Positions 1 through 9,207 of a DNA stretch of 32,000 nucleotides are shown here, one piece after another; the stretch's first letter is position 1; each line of letters begins with the position of its first letter. The stretch lies in assembly GCF_000010065.1 (NCBI RefSeq), contig NC_006576.1, forward strand, positions 1,380,001-1,412,000, read 5' to 3'. The position numbers and the translations under genes were made by a program. The notes under the pieces are model-generated. The model was given only the letters and a program-made list of their open reading frames with translations. It had not been told where the DNA came from and ran no database searches. The stretch is from Synechococcus elongatus PCC 6301. GTDB taxonomy: Bacteria > Cyanobacteriota > Cyanobacteriia > Synechococcales > Synechococcaceae.

Positions 1-2262
1 TGTTACCTGTCCGCTGAGTTTTTGATGGGTCGGCACCTCGAAAACTGCCTGATCAACCTGCATCTTCACGACCGCGTTCAGCAAGTTTTGGATGAACTGG
101 GTCTCGATTTTGAGCAACTGCTAGAGAAAGAGGAAGAACCCGGGCTAGGCAACGGTGGCCTCGGTCGCCTCGCAGCTTGTTTCCTCGACTCCATGGCTAC
201 CCTCGACATTCCTGCCGTCGGCTATGGCATTCGCTATGAGTTCGGTATCTTCCACCAAGAACTCCACAACGGCTGGCAGATCGAAATCCCCGATAACTGG
301 CTGCGCTTTGGCAACCCTTGGGAGCTAGAGCGGCGCGAACAGGCCGTGGAAATTAAGTTGGGCGGCCACACGGAGGCCTACCACGATGCGCGAGGCCGCT
401 ACTGCGTCTCTTGGATCCCCGATCGCGTCATTCGCGCCATCCCCTACGACACCCCCGTACCGGGCTACGACACCAATAACGTCAGCATGTTGCGGCTCTG
501 GAAGGCTGAGGGCACCACGGAACTCAACCTTGAGGCTTTCAACTCAGGCAACTACGACGATGCGGTTGCCGACAAAATGTCGTCGGAAACGATCTCGAAG
601 GTGCTCTATCCCAACGACAACACCCCCCAAGGGCGGGAACTGCGGCTGGAGCAGCAGTATTTCTTCGTCTCGGCTTCGCTCCAAGACATCATCCGTCGCC
701 ACTTGATGAACCACGGTCATCTTGAGCGGCTGCATGAGGCGATCGCAGTCCAGCTTAACGACACCCATCCCAGCGTGGCGGTGCCGGAGTTGATGCGCCT
801 CCTGATCGATGAGCATCACCTGACTTGGGACAATGCTTGGACGATTACACAGCGCACCTTCGCCTACACCAACCACACGCTGCTACCTGAAGCCTTGGAA
901 CGCTGGCCCGTGGGCATGTTCCAGCGCACTTTACCGCGCTTGATGGAGATTATCTACGAAATCAACTGGCGCTTCTTGGCCAATGTGCGGGCCTGGTATC
1001 CCGGTGACGACACGAGAGCTCGCCGCCTCTCCCTGATTGAGGAAGGAGCTGAGCCCCAGGTGCGCATGGCTCACCTCGCCTGCGTGGGCAGTCATGCCAT
1101 CAACGGTGTGGCAGCCCTGCATACGCAACTGCTCAAGCAAGAAACCCTGCGAGATTTCTACGAGCTTTGGCCCGAGAAATTCTTCAACATGACCAACGGT
1201 GTGACGCCCCGCCGCTGGCTGCTGCAAAGTAATCCTCGCCTAGCCAACCTGATCAGCGATCGCATTGGCAATGACTGGATTCATGATCTCAGGCAACTGC
1301 GACGGCTGGAAGACAGCGTGAACGATCGCGAGTTTTTACAGCGCTGGGCAGAGGTCAAGCACCAAAATAAGGTCGATCTGAGCCGCTACATCTACCAGCA
1401 GACTCGCATAGAAGTCGATCCGCACTCTCTCTTTGATGTGCAAGTCAAACGGATTCACGAATACAAACGCCAGCTCCTCGCTGTCATGCATATCGTGACG
1501 CTCTACAACTGGCTGAAGCACAATCCCCAGCTCAACCTGGTGCCGCGCACTTTTATCTTTGCGGGCAAAGCGGCCCCGGGTTACTACCGTGCCAAGCAAA
1601 TCGTCAAACTGATCAATGCGGTCGGGAGCATCATCAACCATGATCCCGATGTCCAAGGGCGACTGAAGGTCGTCTTCCTACCTAACTTCAACGTTTCCTT
1701 GGGGCAGCGCATTTATCCAGCTGCCGATTTGTCGGAGCAAATCTCAACTGCAGGGAAAGAAGCGTCCGGCACCGGCAACATGAAGTTCACCATGAATGGC
1801 GCGCTGACAATCGGAACCTACGATGGTGCCAACATCGAGATCCGCGAGGAAGTCGGCCCCGAAAACTTCTTCCTGTTTGGCCTGCGAGCCGAAGATATCG
1901 CCCGACGCCAAAGTCGGGGCTATCGACCTGTGGAGTTCTGGAGCAGCAATGCGGAACTGCGGGCAGTCCTCGATCGCTTTAGCAGTGGTCACTTCACACC
2001 GGATCAGCCCAACCTCTTCCAAGACTTGGTCAGCGATCTGCTGCAGCGGGATGAGTACATGTTGATGGCGGACTATCAGTCCTACATCGACTGCCAGCGC
2101 GAAGCTGCTGCTGCCTACCGCGATTCCGATCGCTGGTGGCGGATGTCGCTACTCAACACCGCGAGATCGGGCAAGTTCTCCTCCGATCGCACGATCGCTG
2201 ACTACAGCGAACAGATCTGGGAGGTCAAACCAGTCCCCGTCAGCCTAAGCACTAGCTTTTAG
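1..2262 (+). CDS. glgP: Glycogen/alpha-glucan phosphorylase, 5'-truncated by the window edge
   Basis: Reading frame is open from base 1 (CYLSAEFLMGRHLENCL...). Typical GT35 motifs include EEPGLGNGGLGRLAACFLDS, KVHDVQVKRIHEYKRQLL-like (VQVKRIHEYKRQLLAV) and EASGTGNMKFTMNGALTIGT with the PLP-site lysine. Stop TAG at 2260-2262. Confidence 0.96.
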   Translation, partial: CYLSAEFLMGRHLENCLINLHLHDRVQQVLDELGLDFEQLLEKEEEPGLGNGGLGRLAACFLDSMATLDIPAVGYGIRYEFGIFHQELHNGWQIEIPDNWLRFGNPWELERREQAVEIKLGGHTEAYHDARGRYCVSWIPDRVIRAIPYDTPVPGYDTNNVSMLRLWKAEGTTELNLEAFNSGNYDDAVADKMSSETISKVLYPNDNTPQGRELRLEQQYFFVSASLQDIIRRHLMNHGHLERLHEAIAVQLNDTHPSVAVPELMRLLIDEHHLTWDNAWTITQRTFAYTNHTLLPEALERWPVGMFQRTLPRLMEIIYEINWRFLANVRAWYPGDDTRARRLSLIEEGAEPQVRMAHLACVGSHAINGVAALHTQLLKQETLRDFYELWPEKFFNMTNGVTPRRWLLQSNPRLANLISDRIGNDWIHDLRQLRRLEDSVNDREFLQRWAEVKHQNKVDLSRYIYQQTRIEVDPHSLFDVQVKRIHEYKRQLLAVMHIVTLYNWLKHNPQLNLVPRTFIFAGKAAPGYYRAKQIVKLINAVGSIINHDPDVQGRLKVVFLPNFNVSLGQRIYPAADLSEQISTAGKEASGTGNMKFTMNGALTIGTYDGANIEIREEVGPENFFLFGLRAEDIARRQSRGYRPVEFWSSNAELRAVLDRFSSGHFTPDQPNLFQDLVSDLLQRDEYMLMADYQSYIDCQREAAAAYRDSDRWWRMSLLNTARSGKFSSDRTIADYSEQIWEVKPVPVSLSTSF

Positions 2263-2312
2263 GAACTGAACCAAGATTTTTTGAAGAAATGTTGCGGATT
2301 TTGAGTTTTTGC

Positions 2313-2328
2313 GTTACATTGCTTAACA
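2313..2328 (+). promoter_or_regulatory. Possible HLR1-like (RpaB) box upstream of hli gene
   Basis: GTTACATT-GC-TTAACAGC, 34 nt before the hli ATG. The first half matches the HLR1 direct-repeat pattern; the second half is degenerate. Confidence 0.35.
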
Positions 2329-2361
2329 GCTACCAAACCACCCCGTAGGGAGGTCCCTGTC

Positions 2362-2505
2362 ATGTCTGAGCAAAATACCAAGTTTGGTTTCACCGCATTC
2401 GCAGAAACCTGGAATGGCCGTCTGGCTATGATCGGGTTCGTGGTTGGTTTGGCCACCGAATTGCTGACCGGCCAAGGCATCCTGTCTCAAATTGGCCTGC
2501 TGTAG
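2362..2505 (+). CDS. hliA: High-light-inducible protein (Hlip/Scp), 47 aa
   Basis: Not in ORF track. Translation MSEQNTKFGFTAFAETWNGRLAMIGFVVGLATELLTGQGILSQIGLL* carries the Chl-binding motif E..NGRLAMIGF. GGGAGG-type RBS (GTAGGGAGGTCC) upstream. Confidence 0.93.
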   Translation: MSEQNTKFGFTAFAETWNGRLAMIGFVVGLATELLTGQGILSQIGLL

Positions 2506-2544
2506 ATTTCCATTCCCAGTCAGTAGTCAGAGAGCAATACCGTT

Positions 2545-2571
2545 AAACCCTGCCCACGCGGGGTTTTTTTT
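2545..2571 (+). terminator. Rho-independent-like terminator after hli gene
   Basis: AAACCCTG-CCCACG-CGGGGTTT (8-bp stem, one G-T pair) running into a T tract. Confidence 0.75.
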
Positions 2572-2606
2572 ATGGGCGATCGCAGACGCGTCCGTAAGAT
2601 GAAGGG

Positions 2607-3719
2607 GTGATGTTGGCCATCGCCTCAATGCTGATCAATTTACTGTTCTTGCTGCTCGGTTTAGTTATCCTCGTTGCCGGAGCTGAGTTTTTAGTCCGCG
2701 GAGCCTCAAAACTGGCGGCACTCGTGGGGTTATCACCACTCATCATTGGCCTCACTGTGGTGGCCTACGGGACGAGCGCTCCAGAGCTCGCAGTCAGTAT
2801 TCAGGCGGTTCTGGAGGGCTCCAACGATATTTCGCTCGGGAATGTGGTGGGCAGCAACATCTTCAATGTGTTGTTTATTCTCGGGATCTCGGCCTTAATC
2901 ACACCCCTACAGGTGGCGCAACAGTTGGTTCGGCTCGATGTGCCGATCATGATTGCCACGGCAGGATTGGTCTATGGGATGGCCCTAGATGGTCGGATCA
3001 GCCGCCTCGATGGCATTGTCTTGGTGGTGTTGGGCGTTCTCTACACCGTTTTCCAAGTTCGCCAGGGGGGAGAAGAACCTGACCCAGAGGTTCAGGCGGA
3101 ATATGCCGAGGAATATGGATTGGGCGATCGCCCACCCCTATGGCAGCAACTCTTGCTAATCGCAGCTGGTCTGGGGCTCCTGATCCTCGGGGCAAAGCTC
3201 CTGATTGATAATTCTGTCGCGGTTGCTCGCACCTTGGGCATCAGCGAACTGCTGATTGGTTTGACCATCGTTGCAGCCGGTACTTCGCTCCCTGAGCTGG
3301 CAACTTCCGTTGTAGCGAGCTTGAAAGGCGAACGGGATATCGCTGTTGGCAACGTCGTCGGCAGCAACATTTTCAACATCCTGATCGTGTTAGGTGTGGC
3401 CGCGATCATCGCCAGCAATGGCGTCTTAGTGGATGCTCAGGCCGCCAAAGTCGACCTACCAGTGATGGTGGGCATCTCGCTGTTATGTCTGCCTATCTTC
3501 TTTAGCGGCTTCATCATCAGCCGCTGGGAAGGCATTCTCTTGCTGGGAGCTTACAGCGCCTATTTTGCAGAACTGGTCCTTCAAGAGCTCCAGAATCCTT
3601 TGCTGCTCAGCCTGCGCTGGGTGCTGGTCCTCATCATCGTGCCCATGGCCACAATCACCACGGTTAGTGCCGCCTATCAGGCCTGGCGGAAACTCCCCTC
3701 CAGTCGCTCTCAGTCCTAG
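2607..3719 (+). CDS. Calcium/sodium antiporter, CaCA family (YrbG-like)
   Basis: Two alpha-repeat signatures: GLTVVAYGTSAPELAVS...GNVVGSNIFNVLF and GLTIVAAGTSLPELATS...GNVVGSNIFNILI. The start may be GTG 2607 or ATG 2610/2628. Confidence 0.9.
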   Translation: MMLAIASMLINLLFLLLGLVILVAGAEFLVRGASKLAALVGLSPLIIGLTVVAYGTSAPELAVSIQAVLEGSNDISLGNVVGSNIFNVLFILGISALITPLQVAQQLVRLDVPIMIATAGLVYGMALDGRISRLDGIVLVVLGVLYTVFQVRQGGEEPDPEVQAEYAEEYGLGDRPPLWQQLLLIAAGLGLLILGAKLLIDNSVAVARTLGISELLIGLTIVAAGTSLPELATSVVASLKGERDIAVGNVVGSNIFNILIVLGVAAIIASNGVLVDAQAAKVDLPVMVGISLLCLPIFFSGFIISRWEGILLLGAYSAYFAELVLQELQNPLLLSLRWVLVLIIVPMATITTVSAAYQAWRKLPSSRSQS

Positions 3720-3865
3720 CAGATTTGGCCGCTTGGCTCACGTGGATCAACCGCTCGCTCAAGCATGAGCTGCCAGAGGCGAGCGGAGCCGTCAACTCTA
3801 GCAACCTGCAAGTCGGTTAGGACGCTTGAGTAGAGGAATTTGCTGAGGGTCAACAGCCTCCGTCC

Positions 3866-4093
3866 TTGGGGCTGATTCGTTCGAGCGCCAACGATCTCAT
3901 CGCTCTGCTGAGTGCAATAGCCACAAGAAGAGAACAAGCGCAAGCCCAAGCACTAGCAGTCCTCACTCGATTGGAGAATGCAATCAGTGGACAATCGCTG
4001 CTATTCCTGTTGCTACCGCTGCGAACCGTTCTAATCTTGCAATTCGAGGAGTGCGACTGTCTCAACATGGGCGGTCTGCGGGAAGAAATCTAG
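3866..4093 (+). CDS. Doubtful small ORF in the convergent gap, 75 aa
   Basis: Open frame only. Overlaps the 3' end of the RlmD-like gene on the opposite strand by about 60 nt. Confidence 0.12.
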   Translation: MGLIRSSANDLIALLSAIATRREQAQAQALAVLTRLENAISGQSLLFLLLPLRTVLILQFEECDCLNMGGLREEI

Positions 4094-5398
4094 GGGTTGC
4101 ACGAGCAATAGACGATAGCGATCGCCCGCACAGAGGGCTTGGAGATCGCGGGCCAGGGTTGCAGGGTTGCAGCTCACGTAGGCAATGCGTTGCGGTTGGC
4201 GATCGCGCAGCACTTCAATCACCGCTGGTTCGCAGCCTTTGCGCGGCGGATCTAGAAGAACAGCATCGGGAGACTCGGGAATTTGCGCGAGTAAGATCTC
4301 GACCGCACCCGCCCGAAATTCAACATTGCTGATGCCATTGCGATCAGCATTTTGTTGCGCTTGCACCACCGATTCCGGCAGGATTTCTAGCCCCAGCACT
4401 GACCCTACCTCACTGGCCAAAGGCAGGGTTAATGTCCCGACGCCGCAGTAGAGATCGAAGAGGCGATCGCTGCCCCGCAAAAAGTCTTTGAGGATTGGCA
4501 GCAGGCGCTCTGCTTGCTCTGTATTGACTTGGAAAAAGGTCTCCGGTCCGATTGCAAATTCCAAATCGTCCAAACACTCAATCAGATAAGGACGACCCGC
4601 TAAACAATGGGTCTCGTCACCCAGAATGCGATTGCCGTGGCTGGGATTGAGGTTGAGGCAAACCCCGACCACATTGGGATAGTCGGTCAGCCACTGTTCT
4701 GCTTGAGCTTCCACCTCTGGCAACTGATCGTCGGTAGCAATCAAAGTGATCAGGATCTCACCGGTACGCTGACCGATGCGCAGTCCCAAATGCCGGAGGC
4801 CACGCGATCGGGTCTGCTCGTCATAGATCGGCCAATCCCGAGCTGCAATATCAGCCTTGATGCCTGCGAGCAGCGGATTCAAGCGGTCATCTTGTACCGG
4901 ACACTGATTGAGGTTGATCAGGCGGTGGCTGCCTTTACGGAAGTAGCCCGCTTGCACCTCCCCGCGATCGCTGCGCCGGAGCGGATAGCTGACCTTGTTG
5001 CGATAGCCCAGCGGATAGGGAGCTGCAATCGTCGGTTGAACTTCCGTCTCGAGTTGCCCCAACCGTTGCATGGCGTCTTGGACAATCACCGTTTTTGCCT
5101 CAACTTGGGCAGGGTAGTCCACGGTTTGCCACTGACAGCCACCGCACTTATCCGCAACGATGCAGGCCGGTCGAATCCGATCCGGTGATGCCTCCAGCAC
5201 TCCTTCTAGCTCGGCACGGGCATAACGCGATCGCACCTGCAGCAGCTTGGCTTGAATGCGATCGCCCGGCACCGTATCGGGCACAAAAACCACGCGTCCC
5301 TCTACGCGCCCGAGGCCGTCGCCGCTGTCACAGAGCGACTCGATCGTCAGGCTGAGGCGATCGCCCTGACGCCAAGTAAGCACGGCAGAAGAAGACAT
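4031..5398 (-). CDS. 23S rRNA (uracil-5-)-methyltransferase, RlmD/RumA/TrmA family
   Basis: TRAM-like N-terminus ([30 protein letters not shown]), FeS cysteine pattern [37 protein letters not shown] and [13 protein letters not shown]. Confidence 0.93.
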   Translation of the reverse strand: MSSSAVLTWRQGDRLSLTIESLCDSGDGLGRVEGRVVFVPDTVPGDRIQAKLLQVRSRYARAELEGVLEASPDRIRPACIVADKCGGCQWQTVDYPAQVEAKTVIVQDAMQRLGQLETEVQPTIAAPYPLGYRNKVSYPLRRSDRGEVQAGYFRKGSHRLINLNQCPVQDDRLNPLLAGIKADIAARDWPIYDEQTRSRGLRHLGLRIGQRTGEILITLIATDDQLPEVEAQAEQWLTDYPNVVGVCLNLNPSHGNRILGDETHCLAGRPYLIECLDDLEFAIGPETFFQVNTEQAERLLPILKDFLRGSDRLFDLYCGVGTLTLPLASEVGSVLGLEILPESVVQAQQNADRNGISNVEFRAGAVEILLAQIPESPDAVLLDPPRKGCEPAVIEVLRDRQPQRIAYVSCNPATLARDLQALCAGDRYRLLLVQPLDFFPQTAHVETVALLELQD

Positions 5399-5542
5399 AA
5401 GCTGGCCCGAGGAAGAGTCCTGACTTCTATTGTCAGTCGCCAGAGGTTTGTTGTTAAACGTTACAAGCCTCTCAGGACTTGTTCGGGAGCGCCCCTCCAG
5501 TCGCTACACTACTCAACATCGCTAACAAACACACCGCCGATC

Positions 5543-6034
5543 ATGACCATCGTTAGCCAGGTAATCCTCAAAGCGGACGACGAGCTGCGCTATCCCAGTG
5601 GCGGCGAACTCAAAAACATCACTGATTTCTTCAAAACCGGTGAGCAGCGCCTCCGTATCGCTCAGGTCCTGAGCGACAGCGAGAAAAAAATTGTGGACCA
5701 AGCCAGCCGCAAACTGTGGCAGCGTCGGCCCGACTTCATTGCCCCCGGGGGTAACGCCTACGGTCAACGTCAACGGGCCCAGTGCCTGCGCGACTACGGC
5801 TGGTACCTTCGCCTGATCACCTACGGTGTGCTGGCTGGCGACAAAGAGCCGATCGAAAGCATTGGTCTGCTCGGTGCCCGCGAAATGTACAACTCTTTGG
5901 GTGTCCCCCTGCCCGGGATGGCAGAAGCCATTCGCACCCTCAAGGAAGCGTCTCTGGCCCTGCTCAGTAGTGCAGATGCCACGGTTGCGGCTCCCTACTT
6001 CGACTTCTTGATTCAAGGCATGGAGACGATCTAG
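5543..6034 (+). CDS. apcD: Allophycocyanin B alpha subunit (ApcD)
   Basis: [30 protein letters not shown]...[30 protein letters not shown]...[15 protein letters not shown] at 5543; the track's upstream extension to 5252 runs into the divergent gene. Confidence 0.95.
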
Positions 6035-6188
6035 GCCCCTTGGCGATCGCCTCAATCCATTGGCTGAACTGAAAGCGATCGGCTGCAGGGCTCTGGCTTC
6101 TGGGTCGATCGCTTTTCCCGTCAATTCCTTCGTGCAGCGGGCAATTGGTCCCCAGCCGTAGGTCAGTTAGGCTCTTGCGGTAAGAATT

Positions 6189-6554
6189 GTGCGAATGACA
6201 GTGGGGATTTTGGGCGTGGGAAGATGGCTTGTCCTAGGCTTGCTGGTGATTGGCCTCAGTGTAGTGAATCCGGCGCGGGCGATCGCGGCAGATCTGCAAG
6301 TTGGGGCTAGGCTGTTCCAAAGCAACTGCACCACCTGCCATTTGAATGGTGGCAACGTTATCAATGGTCAGAAAACCCTGCGGCAAGAAGCCCTACGCCG
6401 CTATGGTATGGATTCTGTCGCTGCGATTCAGAAGCAAGTGACCTATGGCAAAAATGCCATGCCAGCCTTTGGGCAACGCCTCAGCCCTGAGCAAATTGAG
6501 GCTGTGGCCACCTACGTCTTCGATCGTGCGGAGCGGGGCTGGACCGCACTCTAG
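6189..6554 (+). CDS. petJ: Cytochrome c6-like monoheme c-type cytochrome with signal peptide
   Basis: Signal peptide ending PARAIA, CTTCH heme motif, NAMPAFGQRLSPEQIEAVATYVFDRAERGW. GTG 6189 or ATG 6195 as start. The subtype (c6 versus c6B/C-like) cannot be settled by eye. Confidence 0.82.
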   Translation: MRMTVGILGVGRWLVLGLLVIGLSVVNPARAIAADLQVGARLFQSNCTTCHLNGGNVINGQKTLRQEALRRYGMDSVAAIQKQVTYGKNAMPAFGQRLSPEQIEAVATYVFDRAERGWTAL

Positions 6555-6557
6555 ATT

Positions 6558-7742
6558 GTGATGACCAACGCAGCACTGCTCTGGTTATTGGGCTTCTTTG
6601 GCAGCTTTGGCCACTGTGCCGGTATGTGTGGTCCTCTGTCGCTCGCCATGCAGCTCTCTCAGTCCCAGCGCGATCGCTGGCGCTTCCCACTGCTGCTCAA
6701 CCTAGGGCGGATTGCCAGCTATGCCCTCGTTGGGGCTGTGCTGGGCAGCCTGGGATCGATTCTTTCCTTGGGCGGTGAATTGGCCGGTCTGGGTAGCGGT
6801 CTCCGCGATGGCCTGACGGTGCTCACAGGTTTAGCTCTGATCTGCTTTGGCCTCAGTCATCTCCTCCCTCAGACTTTGCCGCGCTATCTACCGGGCTATG
6901 GGCGTGGTCGTCGCTGGTTAGAAGCCCATCTGCCTGCTTTGTGGCAGCGTTTAAATCAACGATTACATTGGACGACGCCGCTGGCCTTGGGGAGCCTCTG
7001 GGGTCTGATGCCCTGTGGGTTTCTCTATGCCGCGCAGTTGCAGGCTGCTGCTGCTGCATCTTGGCAGGGTGGCGCCCTCGGCATGATCTGGTTTGGACTG
7101 GGCACCCTGCCGGTGATGTTGGGTTTTGGACTACTGGTAGAACAGTGGTCCCACGATCGCCGCAGTCAGTTGCAGCGAATGGCAGCGGTGATCAGCATCG
7201 CCGTCGGCGCAATGACGCTTTGGCGCAGTGGCGACCCGATGGGCGACTGGAGTGGTTACGCGGCGCTGATCTGTTTGGCCATAGCCCTACTGGCGCGATC
7301 GCTGGCACCCTTGTGGTCGGCTCCTCTGCGCTATCGCCGCTTTTGGGGTGTCAGTGGCCTGACTTTGGCGGTGCTACACAGCGCTCAGCAGCTCGAACAT
7401 CGCTTTGGCTGGCGTCCCGAAGCCTGGCAATTTCTCTCGCCCTTGGCTCGCTGGGGCCTTGGAGCTGGCGTCGTTGCTGTCCTGTTGCTGTTGCCGCTGG
7501 GCTTCACGAGTAGCGATCGCTGGCAACGTCGCTTGGGGGCAGGCTGGCCGCGGTTGCATCAATTGGCGATTCCCGCCTTTGGCCTCGCAACGGTCCATGC
7601 CAGCCTGCTGTTGTGGGGCGGGGGCGTGGCGGGCGATGCTGCTGCCCAACCCTTCCTGGCGATCGCGATCGCGATCTCAGCTGTCAGTGTCTTGATCTTC
7701 CGTCATCAGCCTTGTTGGCAGGTGCATTCCAAGGAGTCTTAA
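6558..7742 (+). CDS. Polytopic membrane protein: N-terminal DsbD_2/TauE-SafE-type domain plus C-terminal MsrQ/ferric-reductase-like region
   Basis: N-term GFFGSFGHCAGMCGPLSLAM and GLMPCGFLYAAQLQAAA...GTLPVMLGFGLL. C-term RRFWGVSGLTLAVLHSAQ...LLLPLGFTSSDRWQRRLGAGWPRLHQLAIPAFGLATVH resembles MsrQ/YedZ helices. Confidence 0.75.
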   Translation: MMTNAALLWLLGFFGSFGHCAGMCGPLSLAMQLSQSQRDRWRFPLLLNLGRIASYALVGAVLGSLGSILSLGGELAGLGSGLRDGLTVLTGLALICFGLSHLLPQTLPRYLPGYGRGRRWLEAHLPALWQRLNQRLHWTTPLALGSLWGLMPCGFLYAAQLQAAAAASWQGGALGMIWFGLGTLPVMLGFGLLVEQWSHDRRSQLQRMAAVISIAVGAMTLWRSGDPMGDWSGYAALICLAIALLARSLAPLWSAPLRYRRFWGVSGLTLAVLHSAQQLEHRFGWRPEAWQFLSPLARWGLGAGVVAVLLLLPLGFTSSDRWQRRLGAGWPRLHQLAIPAFGLATVHASLLLWGGGVAGDAAAQPFLAIAIAISAVSVLIFRHQPCWQVHSKES

Positions 7743-8320
7743 TGCTGGATTTCGTTTTACTGCCGCCGGTTCTGGCCCACCAGATCCAAATCGATCAGGC
7801 GGTAGCCGGTACCCTGCACCTCGAACCCAATGACCAGCCGCAGGCCGGCGCGGTGACGCCAACCTGGATTGCCCTGCGGCGACCCGGAGGCATGGAAATT
7901 GCGGCGAAGGACTGTAATTGTCAGCTCCAGTTGTTCAACGCCCAGACAGGCACGCAGACCCAGCTAGCGATCGTGCCATTGTCGGTGGCCCCCGGTACAG
8001 TTGCTGCTGAAATTACCTTTCCGACTGTTGGACAATATGAGCTGCGGCTCCGGGGCGAGCCCTCAGCAACAGCTGAGACGCGCTTCAGCCCCTTTCAGAT
8101 TCGCTTTCCCGTAACCGTGGCGATCGCGGCAACTCCTACACCAGAATCCTCTGAGCCAGCCCCTTCATCCGAAGCGCCACCCGAAGCAGCACCGTCAGCC
8201 AGCCTCTCCCCTCGCCCTTGGAGCCGGATTTTGATCTCGGTCGGTCTAGGCTTGGGTCTGTTAGCAGCCCTCGCTGCCGGAGTCTGGCTGATTTTGAAAC
8301 GCGATCGCGAGGCAAACTAA
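7742..8320 (+). CDS. Uncharacterised anchored extracytoplasmic protein, possible metal-binding
   Basis: TAATG overlap with the upstream stop. N-terminal VLAHQIQ, CNC motif, beta-rich middle, Pro/Ser/Glu linker, C-terminal TM followed by KRDREAN. An upstream TTG start at 7715 would give a longer signal peptide. Confidence 0.7.
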   Translation: MLDFVLLPPVLAHQIQIDQAVAGTLHLEPNDQPQAGAVTPTWIALRRPGGMEIAAKDCNCQLQLFNAQTGTQTQLAIVPLSVAPGTVAAEITFPTVGQYELRLRGEPSATAETRFSPFQIRFPVTVAIAATPTPESSEPAPSSEAPPEAAPSASLSPRPWSRILISVGLGLGLLAALAAGVWLILKRDREAN

Positions 8321-8327
8321 AGGTTGC

Positions 8328-8867
8328 TTAAAAGCCTGCTATCGCGTAGGCACTCCCCATCGGAACCGTCCAGCTCCAGCACAGCCACCCCGCCACCACA
8401 ATCAAGGGAATCGCGATCGCCAGCATGCCGTGATGACTTTGAACCACCCGTTGTTCGTGCTGCAGAATCGCCTCACGAATTCTGAGTTGCATTTCCAATT
8501 GCAGCCGAGCGAGCTCAGCCTCAAACGAGGATTCATAGAGCAACTTACTGAGGCGATCGCAATGCGCCGCCCCTAAAATCGCTGTCGCATGCAAAGAGTC
8601 TTGCAGCAGGCTTAGTAACTCAGTGCGCTGAATCTCCAGCAGGAGACATTCACTCCGGGCCTGGGCAGTTGCCGTGCGAGGACGACCATCGACTAACTCC
8701 ATCTCTCCTAGGAGCTGTCCAGGCTTGAACGTTTGCTCAACCACCTGTCCAGTCTCTGGATAGAAACTAGTGACTTCAATCTCACCAGCCCGGACTAAAA
8801 AAATGGAGTTGCTGTTGTCACCCTCACGATAAATACAGGCACCAGCAGAAATCCGATGCTTTTCCAC
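8328..8867 (-). CDS. Cyclic-nucleotide-binding-domain protein with C-terminal TM helix, no HTH
   Basis: LLGEMELVDGRPRTATAQARSEC phosphate-binding-cassette-like segment. C-terminal hydrophobic segment LAIAIPLIVVAGWLCWSW. GTG start supported by alignment with the paralog (MEKHRISAG versus MEKRQFAAG). Confidence 0.82.
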   Translation of the reverse strand: MEKHRISAGACIYREGDNSNSIFLVRAGEIEVTSFYPETGQVVEQTFKPGQLLGEMELVDGRPRTATAQARSECLLLEIQRTELLSLLQDSLHATAILGAAHCDRLSKLLYESSFEAELARLQLEMQLRIREAILQHEQRVVQSHHGMLAIAIPLIVVAGWLCWSWTVPMGSAYAIAGF

Positions 8868-9207
8868 AATACCTAGAACTCAGGGAGCCGAAACAAGGAA
8901 GTAAATGGAAACTAGCACAGCCTTTTTTCAGCGAAAAGAAATCAGCAAAAAAGTAAGTGTCTTTGTAAAGTTCTCGCAATAGAACCTGAGCCGTTTATTT
9001 CAACTGCGTAAAAGCTTAGACAATAGCCTTTGAAATTGTGCCTTTCAATACTGCGATCGCCATCACAAGCGGCAGCCTTACGGAGTAACTGCGGTCATCA
9101 CTCCAGTTCGTTTTTTGATGTGAAATATTTAATTTTAGTAAACTGCCATCCTTGTGAGACTTTAGCTGATGCCAAGCCGCAGGGGCTGTTAGCTAAACTT
9201 CTGTCCC

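Noticed and set aside
386-2022. Alternative-frame and antisense ORFs inside glgP (386..706, 544..876, 931..1227, 1336..1656, 1744..2022)
   Set aside because: Low-complexity shadow ORFs in a high-GC gene, fully covered by strong glgP coding signal.
5252-5542. N-terminal extension of the ApcD ORF in the track
   Set aside because: The extension runs over the divergent RlmD-like gene; ApcD homology starts at [10 protein letters not shown] (5543).
7659-7677. (GATCGC)n run as a possible microsatellite or CRISPR-like repeat
   Set aside because: It is overlapping HIP1 octamers within a coding region, too short to be an array.
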